Shown in pieces: positions 1 through 13,831 of a DNA stretch of 64,000 nucleotides (the stretch's first letter is position 1; every line of letters starts with the position of its first letter). The stretch lies in assembly GCF_009914755.1 (NCBI RefSeq), contig NC_060925.1, one strand, 5' to 3'. The position numbers were made by a program, and so were the translations under genes. The notes under the pieces were generated by a model. The model was not told where the DNA came from and ran no database searches. It saw only the letters and a list, made by a program, of their open reading frames with translations. This DNA comes from the human T2T-CHM13v2.0 reference genome, Homo sapiens.

Positions 1-560
1 AGTTACAATTTCTAGCCTATAAATCAGTGGCAAGTTCTGAAAAAATGAAAATTAACACATATATTTTAATATACGTGTTTGTAATCTGCAAAGATCACAA
101 ATATTTACTTTAGTATTTATCCATTCAACATATATGTATTTAGACATTCAGTGTGTGAGCTGGGGAGTTCACAGACAAGTGAGAGAGGCATATAACCACC
201 TACATGCATATACCAGCACCCACAACTGTAAGACAATGTGGAAAATAATAATAAAAGGAATTGTCTACAAAATGCTATGAGAACTGAGGGGAAGGGCTAA
301 ATTCCTGCCTGGATGTAAAAGGAAACAGAGAAGGTGAATTTTCTGGAAATGAAGTAAAAACAAAACAATTTAAAAGCTCTTTCATTTATAAAATAAGGTA
401 GTTGTAAAATAAATGTGTATATTTATGCTAGCTTTTATTATTTGAATCAAAAGTTATTCTGTTGGAATGCAATTGCAAGTGCATATGAAAGTGAGGAAAT
501 GTTTGATGTGTACATATGTTGGCCAATTTAGTACAGTTTCAAGGAATAAATGTTATATGT

Positions 561-978
<418 letters not shown>

Positions 979-1167
979 TCATGAAACTCTAGGATACAGT
1001 GTCAGAGTTGGCTCTCAGCTCCTCCCTTGGCATCTGGGATAGAACTCGTTTCCCAAGAAGGTGTCCAAGTCTTGTCCCATTGAATGTGAAGGCCGTCAGG
1101 CTCTCGCAAGCCTATGAGTCTTTGGTTAATGTGCATAACTACGCATTTTTTTTTTTTGTCATTGCAG

Positions 1168-1228
1168 ACTGAACTCCATTGATGTGAAGTATCAGATGTG
1201 GAAACTAGGAGTCGTTTTCACTGACAAC
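1168..1228 (+). CDS. RYR2: RYR2 exon 98 (61 nt; LNSIDVKYQMWKLGVVFTDN)
   Basis: Poly-T tract plus ttgcag acceptor ending at 1167; donor AAC|gtaagc at 1229; translation matches the RyR2 S2-S3 region and ends in phase 0, matching the next exon. Too short to appear in the ORF track. Confidence 0.96.
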
Positions 1229-2358
1229 GTAAGCCTACTTCATTATCACAAAAGAAAATGCACTCTGATTAGATAAGACTGTGGGAGTTCTGCAGATGGA
1301 AGGCTGGTTATTTAGAAAATGTTTCGAATACCAATTCATTTCATACAGACCAGATCTGGAGAGAGACCCACAGAATGATATGATTAATGAGCCCATCTCT
1401 CATTCCATTTCTTTCAATAGCTGAAATAGTAAAATGAAAATATATGAAAAACTGAGATGCAGATTTGTGAGTACGTTCATTAAGGTTTTAATTGGACAAT
1501 GGCATACTTCAGTTTTATAGATGTTAAAAAGAAACTCCTAAATAATTTTAAAAGAACATTAATTGTGCTAAATTTAGGTTTTCCCCAAATTAAGTACATT
1601 AACTTATGGAGTTTTATTTTATTTTTTTTATTCTCCTTTTACCAAAGAGCCTTTGGAGACTAAATATAGGGCCGTAATATATATCCAAATAGAAAAAAAT
1701 TACCTATTACTAAAAACCGCCAGGTGTCTCAAGATTTCACTCTTTAATTTTAGCACTGACTTTTATAGTTCACGTTAGTTCCATTCTCCTATTTAGAAGC
1801 ATTTGATAGCCCCCAAATTCTCCTGCCTCTATCCTTATCCCTTCCCTCATCCAGCCATGGGCCCAGAACTCTGGGTGTCTTAGGAGCATTCTCTAAGAGT
1901 TCAAAATCAGGTCTTCCAAGTATCTTTCAGAACCATAAACTATTAATACACTATCTTACAACTAATTTCTCATCCAAATGGGAGCAACTCCCCTGAATAA
2001 CAAGAGGGCAACCTCAGCTTTGGCTCTAGTTGGCATTTTCCACTGAAGTGGCCAGTCCATCTTAAGTTCTGCCTGCTAAGCTCAATCTTCCATGCCACAG
2101 TATTTGCATAGCCCACTTTTGCCCAGATGCAGCTTCTGCCCAGATGCAGCTTATCCATAATATTCATCTTGCTTTGTAGTTTTTTTGTCCTCTTGATAAC
2201 TTGGGCATGGATAGATCCAGGATGGAGTCTTTCCTTAGACAGCGTTCTGCTATTTTAGTAGGCTTTTATCCACCTGCAGTTTCATGGCTTCTGTTTGGCC
2301 AATCACCTCTCAACATGCATTCATTCTTCACTATTACTGTGTCTCTCTGAAACATAGC

Positions 2359-2511
2359 CATGGTTACCAGACGAAATTCAGAATTCCTAGTTAAATGTAA
2401 ATTTTAGATAAGCAGAAAATAATATTTAGCATAAGTATGTCCCAAATTACTTCATGGGATATACCTAAACTAAAAATCATTTATTCTTTCTCTCTCATTC
2501 AAATTTTACTG
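2359..2511. mobile_element. MER53 palindromic MITE (miR-1302 source family)
   Basis: Matches the MER53 core TAGTATAAGTATGTCCCAAAT...ATGGGACATACTTATACTAAAAA and the GGTTGCCAGA-like end; internal inverted repeat 2425-2444/2455-2474. Confidence 0.85.
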
Positions 2512-2567
2512 TGCAGCAAGCACATGTGTAGACCACACATGCACCTTTGGCCCAGCTTGTCACTTAG

Positions 2568-2911
<344 letters not shown>

Positions 2912-3279
2912 TTGCATTTCTTAATGCCTCCTTAGATTAGCTCCATCTGAATGTCCCATGGCAAATTTTCATCTTCCTTCTCCTCTGCTCCTCCCCACCA
3001 AATCCAGTCTTCGGTCTACAATTTTCTCTTTTAGTATTTTTGTTCTTCTTACTACCTAAGCTTAAATTATTCATATGGACTCCTCCTCTTCTTTCTCCCT
3101 CCAATGCATGTATTTGATTATTTGCTGAATCTTGGTCCTGTTTGTGTCCTCTGTAATTCTCCCTTCTATCTTTACCACTTTTGCTGCTTTTTTTGGCTCT
3201 GGTAACCTCACCCTGGGGTTTGTCCAGTAGTCTTCTAATTTAATGGCTTTGCCACTTACAATGATTTTAGACAATAGCT

Positions 3280-3420
3280 TAACTAGAGCAAGCTCACTTC
3301 CTCATATATAAATTGGGGCTAAACATGCCTATTCATCAGAGATCTTGCTAAAATAAAAAAGAGACCATGTGTGCAAATATATTGAACGTTGACCAGCACT
3401 TAGTAGGTGCTAAAGAAATT
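3280..3420 (+). mobile_element. MIR fragment
   Basis: Degenerate CTCAGTTTCCTCATCTGTAAAATGGGG...GCACATAGTAGGTGCTCAATAAAT core. Confidence 0.6.
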
Positions 3421-4211
3421 TTCCTAAAATGCCATTTTTCACAAACCGTTATCCTTCTCATGGTACTGCAGTGGCACTCAAGTTCCTGTGGGGTACACAA
3501 ATGTCCTTGAACTTGCCCTCAAGCCTCTCCAACACTGCCACACTTTTCCAACTTGGTCTTGCAAAACAGGAACCCACCACTCAAACCAAATTTTCCTTCC
3601 CAAGCAAACTCTGTTTAGTCTTACCTCAGTGTGCTTTTTAAAAATGCTGTTTTCTTTTCTGCCACTTGACCTCTAGCTTCAGTTCCACATGGTCCTTGAA
3701 ATCCCTTTACTAGCTCAGCCCCCTCTTTTTATTCTCTGTGAAAGATTAAGATATCTTACAGTCAAAATGAAGGTGTCCGCCGCTTCCCCAAATGGGTGGT
3801 TTCTGACTCCACTAGCAAAACATTCCTTATGGAGCAGAGACTGTAGTCCCATAAGTAAGAGCAGCCACCATATTTTTATTCTGCATTAGTCCTGGCCCTC
3901 CCCCAAAAGTGTATTCATTTTCCAGCCTATGTGAATAATCAACATTAATTATAACCCAGGAGACTTCTACAACAGTACCAATAGTATTATTAGGTGTATT
4001 ATAGCTTTCAGTGACGTCACATGGTATTTGGGTTTCTCCTAGACTTACTGTGGCTCACGTAAAGTGAGATGCTTGGTTAATAAAACACTTCATATAATTT
4101 CATAACTAGTAGGTCTCAGCAAACACTGATTTAGTCAGTGAATAAATGAAAAGCAAAGAAGGGAAGAAAAGGAGGGAGAGAAAGCGACTGGTTCTTTTGT
4201 TGGCTGTAGAG

Positions 4212-4426
4212 CAAGGGTTCTTCTCTACTGGGGAACAGTTTTGTCTGCTAATGATGTTTGGCAATGTCTGGAGACATTTTTGGTTGTCATGACTCAGGGG
4301 AGAGGTGGGGTCGGTGCTATTGGCATCTAGTTGATGCTGCTTGCCATCCCACCATGCACAGAACAGCACCCATAATAAAGGATTATCTGAACCAAAATAT
4401 GAATAGCGCTGGGTTGAGAAAGCCTG
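4212..4426 (+). mobile_element. MER20 (hAT-Charlie)
   Basis: TTTGGCAATGTCTGGAGACATTTTTGGTTGTCA and GTTGAGAAAGCCTG end match the MER20 consensus. Confidence 0.88.
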
Positions 4427-4610
4427 CTGCGGAGTAGGAAGTCAATAAATGTTTCTCTGTCGGAGGATAAATAACAACGACAATTCCTGAAACACTTTAA
4501 AACTGTTTTAAAGGAGGATGACACTGACCTTTTCAGAACAAATTAAGTAAAAATAAAATTCACAAAGAACAAACTGATACAGCTAACTAGAATTGTAAAA
4601 ATGTATAGTG

Positions 4611-4967
<357 letters not shown>

Positions 4968-4977
4968 TCAGAGTTAC

Positions 4978-5392
4978 TTTTTAATTGTATTTTTTTAATT
5001 GACATCTTCATGGGGTACCTAGTGATTTTTGATAAATATAATGTAATCAGATCAGGGTAATTAGTATATGCATTATCTTTAACATTTATCACTTCTTTGT
5101 GTTGGGAACATTTAATATCCCCCTTCTAGCTATTTGAAACTATATATTATTGTGACCTGCCGTCATCCTACAGCGGTATAGAACCCCAGAACTTATTTTT
5201 TCTATCTAGCTATAACTTTGTATCTTTTAACAAATCTCTCCCTATTCCTACCTCTCCTTTTTCTCCCCAATCTCTAGTGTCCTCTCTCCTACTTTTTACT
5301 TCCATGAGATTAACTTTTTAAGATTCCACATGTGAGTGAGAACATGTAGAGTTTAACTTTCTGTTCCTGGCTTATTTTGCTTAACCCATAAC
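4978..5392 (-). mobile_element. L1MA 3' end fragment ending about 55 nt before the exon 99 acceptor
   Basis: AGATTCCACATGTGAGTGAGAACATG...TCTGTTCCTGGCTTATTT is typical of L1MA 3'UTR in reverse. Confidence 0.8.
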
Positions 5393-5448
5393 AATAGTCA
5401 TGCGTTCTGTTTTCTGACATGTTCTTTCCCCCCGTTTTGTCTTAATAG

Positions 5449-5751
<303 letters not shown>

Positions 5752-6663
5752 TGAGGGTCTCCTAGGCCTATACTCAAGCCTTGGCTTGACTTTGGATAAA
5801 TTAACTGAAAATAATAAAAGTACATACCTTACCAGATTTTTGCGAAAATGAAATAAAAACAAATGTGTATGCCTTAACACAGCCCCTGGCCCATATCAAG
5901 CACTCAGGAACTTAGTTATTATTTTGTTCCTAGTATAGTATTTGCTCCACTTGCTATTATGGAGAACCAAAATAGGTTACAGAATCCTGACCCACTCATT
6001 GTATTCGTTGTAAAATATGAGATGCTGCATTTTAATGTAGTATTTTTAAGCTGGATATTCATGTACTCTTTACTTTTAAATTGAGCAAAAAGGATAACGT
6101 TTCATATTTGACAAGGTCATGCTGACTCGGAAGAAAACTGGTCTAGGTCCAGAAAATGCACTTACGTTCCAATGGAACCTGTTCTTAATGTTAAGACTTC
6201 CCATTATCCTGAAGCATATTGCAGAAGTGTGCACTGATCCGTTCACTTGCTATTTTTCAAGTGTCCACTGGGTGGCGACATATTCTGTGTTAGTTATTTG
6301 GCTTAACAGACTCCTTCATTTCCAGAGTCTTGTAGCCCAGCACATTTTAAAATAATTGCCTCTCTAAAAGCTTTGAACTGGGTCCACAGTTAAGTCCACA
6401 TTATCATCAGTTTTCTAAATTTCAGCATGATTCTTACATATGTCACTTTAGGTTCTGAGTATGACTGTGACGTGCACGGCAAGTCATGGGTCTAGCGACA
6501 AAAAAGTCTATTTATCTGTCAGTTAATAAGATGTGTTTGAGCTCCCAGGATATGCAGTAAAGAACTGGAGATGCCAAATGTATGTGTGTTTCTACATAAA
6601 AGGTCCGGCACTACTTTCCATTTCTGAGCTTTGTGGGGTTTCTTTTTGAGGGATCAAATTTTC

Positions 6664-6963
6664 TTTGTTTGTTTGTTTTTAAGACAGAGTCTTGCTCTGT
6701 CACCCAGGCTGGAATGCGGCGGCGCGATCTCGGCTCACTGCAACCTCCACCTCCCTAGGTTCAAGTGATTCTCCTGCCTCAGCCTCCCGCATAGCTGGGA
6801 TTATAGGCGCGTGCCACCATGCCCGGCTAATTTTTGTATTTTTAGTAGAGATGGGGTTTCACCATGTTGGCCAGGCTGGTCTCGAACTTCTGACCTCAGG
6901 TGATCTGCCTGCCTCGGCCTCCCAAAGTGCTAGGATTACAGGCATGAGCCACCCCACCTGGCC
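6664..6963 (-). mobile_element. AluSx-like
   Basis: Reverse Alu with (TTTG)n tail; TSD TCAAATTTTC. Confidence 0.95.
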
Positions 6964-7647
6964 TCAAATTTTCATTTGCAGAAATATGTAGAGCTTTATA
7001 GTCCTAACAGGTGAAACATGCAGAAATTCACAGTAACCTTGCACTTCATTTATAGAAATGAATGAAACCCTCTGTTAAGGTAACATGTTTTCTCCAGATA
7101 ATTATAAAGTGATTTTGTAAAGACTTAATCAGCATAAGCAGTTGCAGTCAAGACCATAAAGATGTGCTGTAATCAGAAAAAGTACACATAAAGATAAAGC
7201 ACTGTTAGTATGGTCGAATTTCTGTGATGAAACCAGAAATACATTTTCACCAACTGGGTGAAAAGCCACATTTTTAGCATATACATATTCTATCAAAAAT
7301 ACTCTACAATTCTATCATATACTTATAGCTATCCAAAAATTAAAGTATAATTTGGAATTAAAAACAGATTACATAGAGCTGAAAGACCTTTCAAACAGAG
7401 ACATTTAATTATAGATTGAGAAAAATAGCCTTCAAAACAGTGTTGGTCACTAGCTGTGGTATTTTTCACTTTGGCCATTGTTTACAAAGCAAGATTTCTC
7501 AGTTTTAAAAAATATTTATATTATACCTTATTACTAGTTGTGTGTCCCCAGATTTCAGGGGCAATACAAATTTCTATTTAGTTTAGGATATGATTGAAAA
7601 TTTAAAAATAATTTACAGTCATAACAAAAACGAAATGCATTTTATTA

Positions 7648-8356
<709 letters not shown>

Positions 8357-9059
8357 TAACCTTTGATCTCACATAAACAAAAATGTCTCCTGCTTCTGCA
8401 GTCTAAGTAATTGTGTATTTATTCTCTAACAGTACAAAATAGAAAATAGTCTAAACAAATAAAAAGTTGCAGGGCTGTTTAAAGATTCAGCAGTTTTCAA
8501 TTTTAGCAGAACATAAAGGAGCATTTCTGTCAATTTTCCATATGTGCTGCACAGCCTAATAATTAGAATTGCTGAGTAATGTACTTAGAACTCGAAGGAG
8601 TAATGTCATCACTTAAGCCTGTTGTTCACATATCCCAGGACAACGGGTAAAACTATTTCCCAGAGAACATTTGGAAGCCTTAGTTTTTTGTTCACCTTAA
8701 TGACTTTAACTGAAATTACTAAATTTCAAAAATATATCTCTTCCTAGAACTACTGGTTTTTGCTTTTATATTGAGTATCTTGGCTTAAATGTCTTTTTTG
8801 GTCTTGGTTTTCAAAAATCAACAGCTGTTAAAGCTTTCATATTGCTTTATATCGCTGTTCTACAACCTGTCTCTCTAATATTGGCAGCTGAGAGGTAATC
8901 ATACATGAGATCTTAGATCAGGAAGGGGAACATGAGACAAAATATATATCACTAGCTGGAAAGAGATGTATCCTTCAGTAAGCTCCTCACGAAAATACCT
9001 ACATCATTTGTGTTGGGGATGTAGGTATAGAGGCTGATATAATGATACATAAATTACTC

Positions 9060-10400
9060 TAGAAAAAATAGCCCAAAAGATTGATGAGAATGACCAGTAT
9101 TACAAAGACTAACAATTAAGATAATTTTATACTAAAGAATGACAACTCAGTGGGACAGAGTAGTTCAGAAACAGATGCAAATACTCACGGAAATTAAAAG
9201 ATGATAAAGATCTTTTGAAGTAATGAAATGAAAAATAATTTAATAAATGACATTAGTACCATGGACAAGCTATTTGGGGGGAAATGATAAAAATGGATGC
9301 CAACCTTGCTTTTTAAATAAAAATAAATTCTGAAATGAGCATATTTTAATGCAATAAGAAGGAATAATCACAAGACAGAATTTGATGCCTTAAATAATAG
9401 TAATACTCATTTTTACATGGAGAACGGTCTGAGTATGACATAAAACTCAGGATCTATGAAAGCATAAACATTATTTGAAAAAAGAGCAACTATAAATAAA
9501 GTCGTAAAGGCAAATGGTAAACTGGGAAAGATATATTTAACACCATAACAAAGGGCCATTTTCCTTAATCTACCAAGTCCTTATCACATCAATAAGAAAT
9601 AAGCCAATAGAAGAACAAGTAAGTCACATGACCAGACAATTCACGGTAAAATTAATTCAGTGGGCTTGCAAATTTGAAAAGACGCTCAGCCTCTGTCAAA
9701 GTGAAAGAAATGCAAATTAAAACAATGAAAAAAACACTTTTTACCTATCAGGTTTGCAAAGTATTCACGTTTGTTAAAACCCACAGTTGGTGAATTGATG
9801 GGAAAAATCAGCATTTTCATGACTCTGGTTGGGAGGTTGAATTGACAACAATTTTAGAGAAGTTTTGTGACACCTATCAAATTTTTAAGTATATATATCC
9901 TTTGACCTATTAATTCCACTGCTAGTACTTTACCTAAAGGTTTACTCACAAACAAGCCTCTGTATGTTCAAGAACATTAGCTGCCCTCACAAGCTAGGAA
10001 TAATCTAAATGATCATTAGTAGTGTCCTGATTAAGTCAGTTACGATAAATCCATAACAAGTATGCATCTGTTTGAAAATGAGAGAAATTCATGTATACAG
10101 ATATGGAGAGATATATAAATTACATTTTAATTAAATTACATTTAATTTAAAAAAACAAGATCTTGGATCAGTAATGATAGGATCCTAATTGTGTGAAATT
10201 ATATATACACAATAATTCATATTTTTGATATGCTGGAATATGCATAACATTTTTCTGGAGGGATTTATTCATAGGACACTGTGAACAAGGATTCCTACAG
10301 GGGTAGGACCATAGATCACAGGGGAAAGAAACTTGTTTGCTTTTCATTTTATAGACTTTACTCCTGTCTGAATTATTGATACTATTTCTTTTTACCATAG
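9060..10400 (+). mobile_element. Ancient L1M (L1ME-like) ORF2 end / 3'UTR fragment
   Basis: A-rich, with degenerate L1 motifs GAAATGCAAATTAAAACAATG and TTTGACCTATTAATTCCACTGCTAG; boundaries approximate. Confidence 0.65.
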
Positions 10401-11309
10401 GTATTTTTTTATTTTTAAAAGCCTAAGACAGTTTTTTCCCCACCATGTTATAGAAGATAATCTGCCTTCAGTTATTCCCACAATTAGTATAACTACATGC
10501 AGTGACTGTTCCCTGGCAGGGAGGAGAGAACAGAACATACAGGTGGCTGACCTGAGGGAATTAAAGGACAGAGGTTGAGGGAAGCTCTGCTGAAACTCGA
10601 TGTTACATTTTGATCCACTGCCTGTTCTTGAGCCATTTATTTATAGCCCAAATCTCTTATTTGTGTAAAGAAGTTTTTCTGTATTTAAAACTTTATCATA
10701 AATGATCATTAATATAGAATTGCCCATCCTTCCTCTCCTTTAAACAAGTATTCTTTTATTTACTAATTTAGAGAGCTTCAGACAAGATTGTCATTCTTTA
10801 GCTTTTCAATATTAAGCATTTTGTTCTCTTCCCAACTTTCTTTTTAATAAAAAAAATCTTGAGAATAAATAACTCTCAAATGAATTGCAGGTTAGTTAAA
10901 AATTGGGGATACATAATAGCTTGCTGACATAAAAATATTCACTTTTCTTAGGTCAAGATTAAATTTTCGAAGGCTTGGAACTTCAAAAAGGGATGCTTTT
11001 GATGGAGAATGCAGGGGGAAAAAGCTTTCAACTCATCCTTCCACACATAGTTGACAGCAGAGCAAATCATATTGTTCATGTGAAAATCATCTGTAATTTT
11101 CAACATTTCCTGTCACGATTGCCGTTCTGAGGTGTTTCACATGTGACTTTGTGGTTTCCACGTGCTAGTGACCTACTTGGAGGACACGGAGTATCAGAGC
11201 TGAAAGGACTCTGATGTTCATGGTTGTTCATCCATAAACTTAATTCCTCAACTGGAAGAAAATGCCATCCCAGTTACAAATCCACAGTCTTGTAGATTTT
11301 TTTTATTTG

Positions 11310-11545
11310 TCAAGTGCTTATATAGCACTTGGCTATAAATGCTATTGTCCCAGGCATTGTCTCAAGAGCTTTACAAATATTAACTCAGTAGTCTCCTACC
11401 AACTTTCTGCTGCAGGTTGGCACTGCTATCATTCCCATTTTACAGATGAGGAAACTGAGCTACCAAGAGTTTGAGTAACTTGTCATAAGTCACACAGTTA
11501 GGAAGAGGTGACACTCTTCAACCAGTACTCTAAGTTACACTACCT
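11310..11545 (-). mobile_element. MIR
   Basis: CCCATTTTACAGATGAGGAAACTGAG core. Confidence 0.85.
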
Positions 11546-13812
11546 CACAGATAGTAACTTCATTCATGCTTCTGTCATTAATTTTAGTGCTATTTTTATA
11601 CCAGGCACTCGTTAAGGATAAGGCTTGAGTAAGTACAGTCCCTGCCTTCATGGAATTTGCATGGTAAGCACCTTTCTAGAAATTCTGCTAAGCTCGTTCT
11701 TTTTTCTGGGATCCTCCAAGAAAAGAGTGCCCCAGAAATTCCAGAAGTTTTGGAAAACCTTGTGGATCAGTATTCCTATCGCATACAGAACATTTAATAT
11801 ACTATACAAAAATAGTGGATTCAACATCACTGCTCAAATATTGCAATTGAGAAGTTGCTTTAGGTGGCTGGCTACTAGACAGGGAAATAGAAATAACTTA
11901 TTAATGTCACATGATACCACAGGGTGGAAGATATTGATACGGACATAGATCAAGTGCCTTAATACTTGAGATCCATTTTAGTCATCATAAGTTGTCATGA
12001 CTGAGATGTAATACTTACTTACATTTGCTAGTCTTCTTCTCCGATTAATTGCTGGACAAATAATTCATGCACCTTGCCTGGAGCCTCCTCCCTGACTGCC
12101 TTTCTATCACCCCCTGATTTGGCCCACCTGCCCACTTCTTAAAACCATCTCCTATCCTTCCTTTTGCTGCTTTTCTCGCACCACAAAGCAGAGAAAAATG
12201 TATAAGTTGTTTTTTTTTTTAACTTACAGCAACTGTAAGAAAACTGGATTCAATGCAATAAGACTGACCCGTTACTAGTGACGACTCTCCATCAGAGTCA
12301 CTAACATGCAACACTTTACCCCCTCCTCCCACGCCTATTCATTCATTCCAGGCCTAGGGCTGAAGATGTGTTAAGGATCCTTCATCTCCTCTTCCATGCG
12401 CTGCCTTTAATATCAGCTGTGCTCAGAGCCTTTCTACCCTGTGACCCTGAAGGCAGGAGGGGAGTGGGAGGCCAGGAAAGGCTACAAGGCACAAGGGAGG
12501 TGCAGAAGGTAGCAGTAGCAGGTACATTGCCTGCAGTGACTTCCAGGAAATTCAGTTCTATTCTAGGACAAACACCCGACAAAATTTATAAATCTCAATA
12601 TCTACCAGCCTCAGGGCAGAAAGTTTACTTAGGTTATGTATTCCTAAAGGCTATGATGCTCAGAGAATTGCTAAAAATTAATAGAAAAATAGGAATGATT
12701 TCAGATAATGGCATTCAGTGACCTGTATCAGGTAGTGAGAACAATATGTGACTTTAGATCTTCCTTTTGTACCACAGGGAGACCCCAGCAACATCCTGGT
12801 CTCTCCTTTTATTATGCAGTCGTCATAGTTGACCCCATTCAAGTTGTAATCATAGGATCCTTAAACGACTACATTTTGAACCTCACTCTCAGTATGCATT
12901 TCCATTACTTTTGTTAATTTTGCTTAGGAAGACAACTGCCTTCACCTGGTTGATTTTGCCTAATTTCATGGGGGCATGAATACAGAAGACAGAGAAACTT
13001 GGTTCCGGTGAGGAAATACGGCCTGTTGATGTTCTGAACTATGGACTTAGCTAGAGCCTAGATTTTTTTCAGTTTGAGGGATTTCTGTCCTCATGAGTAA
13101 GACTATTTATGACCAGCTCTGTTGTAGGTTTTTATATCTCTACACATAACAATAAACTTACTATCTTGTCTTTGACTGGGTTGAGTATATGTCTTAGATG
13201 TTTCTTCCCTGCAAGAGAAAACTCAGTTCCAAGACACAAGCCACTTTTTCATCCCTAGCTCATTCACAGTGACGGGCTGCTGCCAATCAGTCAAACCAGA
13301 CAGGAGTCTGTGTAGCATTACACACGCTCATATCCCAGTAATTGTCCCTAAAAACTCCCACATGGGAATGGAGGCCACATTACCTAGATTGACATTCCAA
13401 TTGTAGCGTCCAAACACTTACTTTTAATTTGCTTCTTACCAGTACTTGTGCAGGGGCTTCTTTAAAAAGCCAACAAAATTTAAAATATAACTGATCACTT
13501 AGAGTAGTGCGCTTTCAAAGTACAGGCTTATTAAAACCAGCCTGCCAGCAAGAAAGCAGCACAGAATAGGAAACAAAGATTTAATTTCTTTAATTTAGTT
13601 CTCAAAAGATGATCCTTTCTTTATGACAGTCTCTTGAACGTGTCCTTTCACAGGGCGATGTCTATATTCTCTCTTGAGATAAATTTTCCTCACTCATGTC
13701 ACATTTTATTCACTTCATCCTGAGTTTCTTTGTTGTTTCTGGTTGTTTCTGTGGCTCTGAGAGAACATCTTAGGTTTTGCAAATAGGCAACTCGCCCTCC
13801 TGTTTTTCATAA

Positions 13813-13831
13813 TTTACAGTAGGGGGCGCCA
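13813..13831 (+). promoter_or_regulatory. Candidate CTCF site
   Basis: TTTACAGTAGGGGGCGCCA matches the CTCF core CCAGYAGGGGGCGC except at the first C; CpG retained in AT-rich DNA. Confidence 0.6.

Noticed and set aside
2120-2152. 16-bp direct repeat TGCCCAGATGCAGCTT twice (and AAGCTTCTGGATCTG twice at 59402-59433)
   Set aside because: Two-copy slippage duplications with no spacers; not CRISPR-like arrays.
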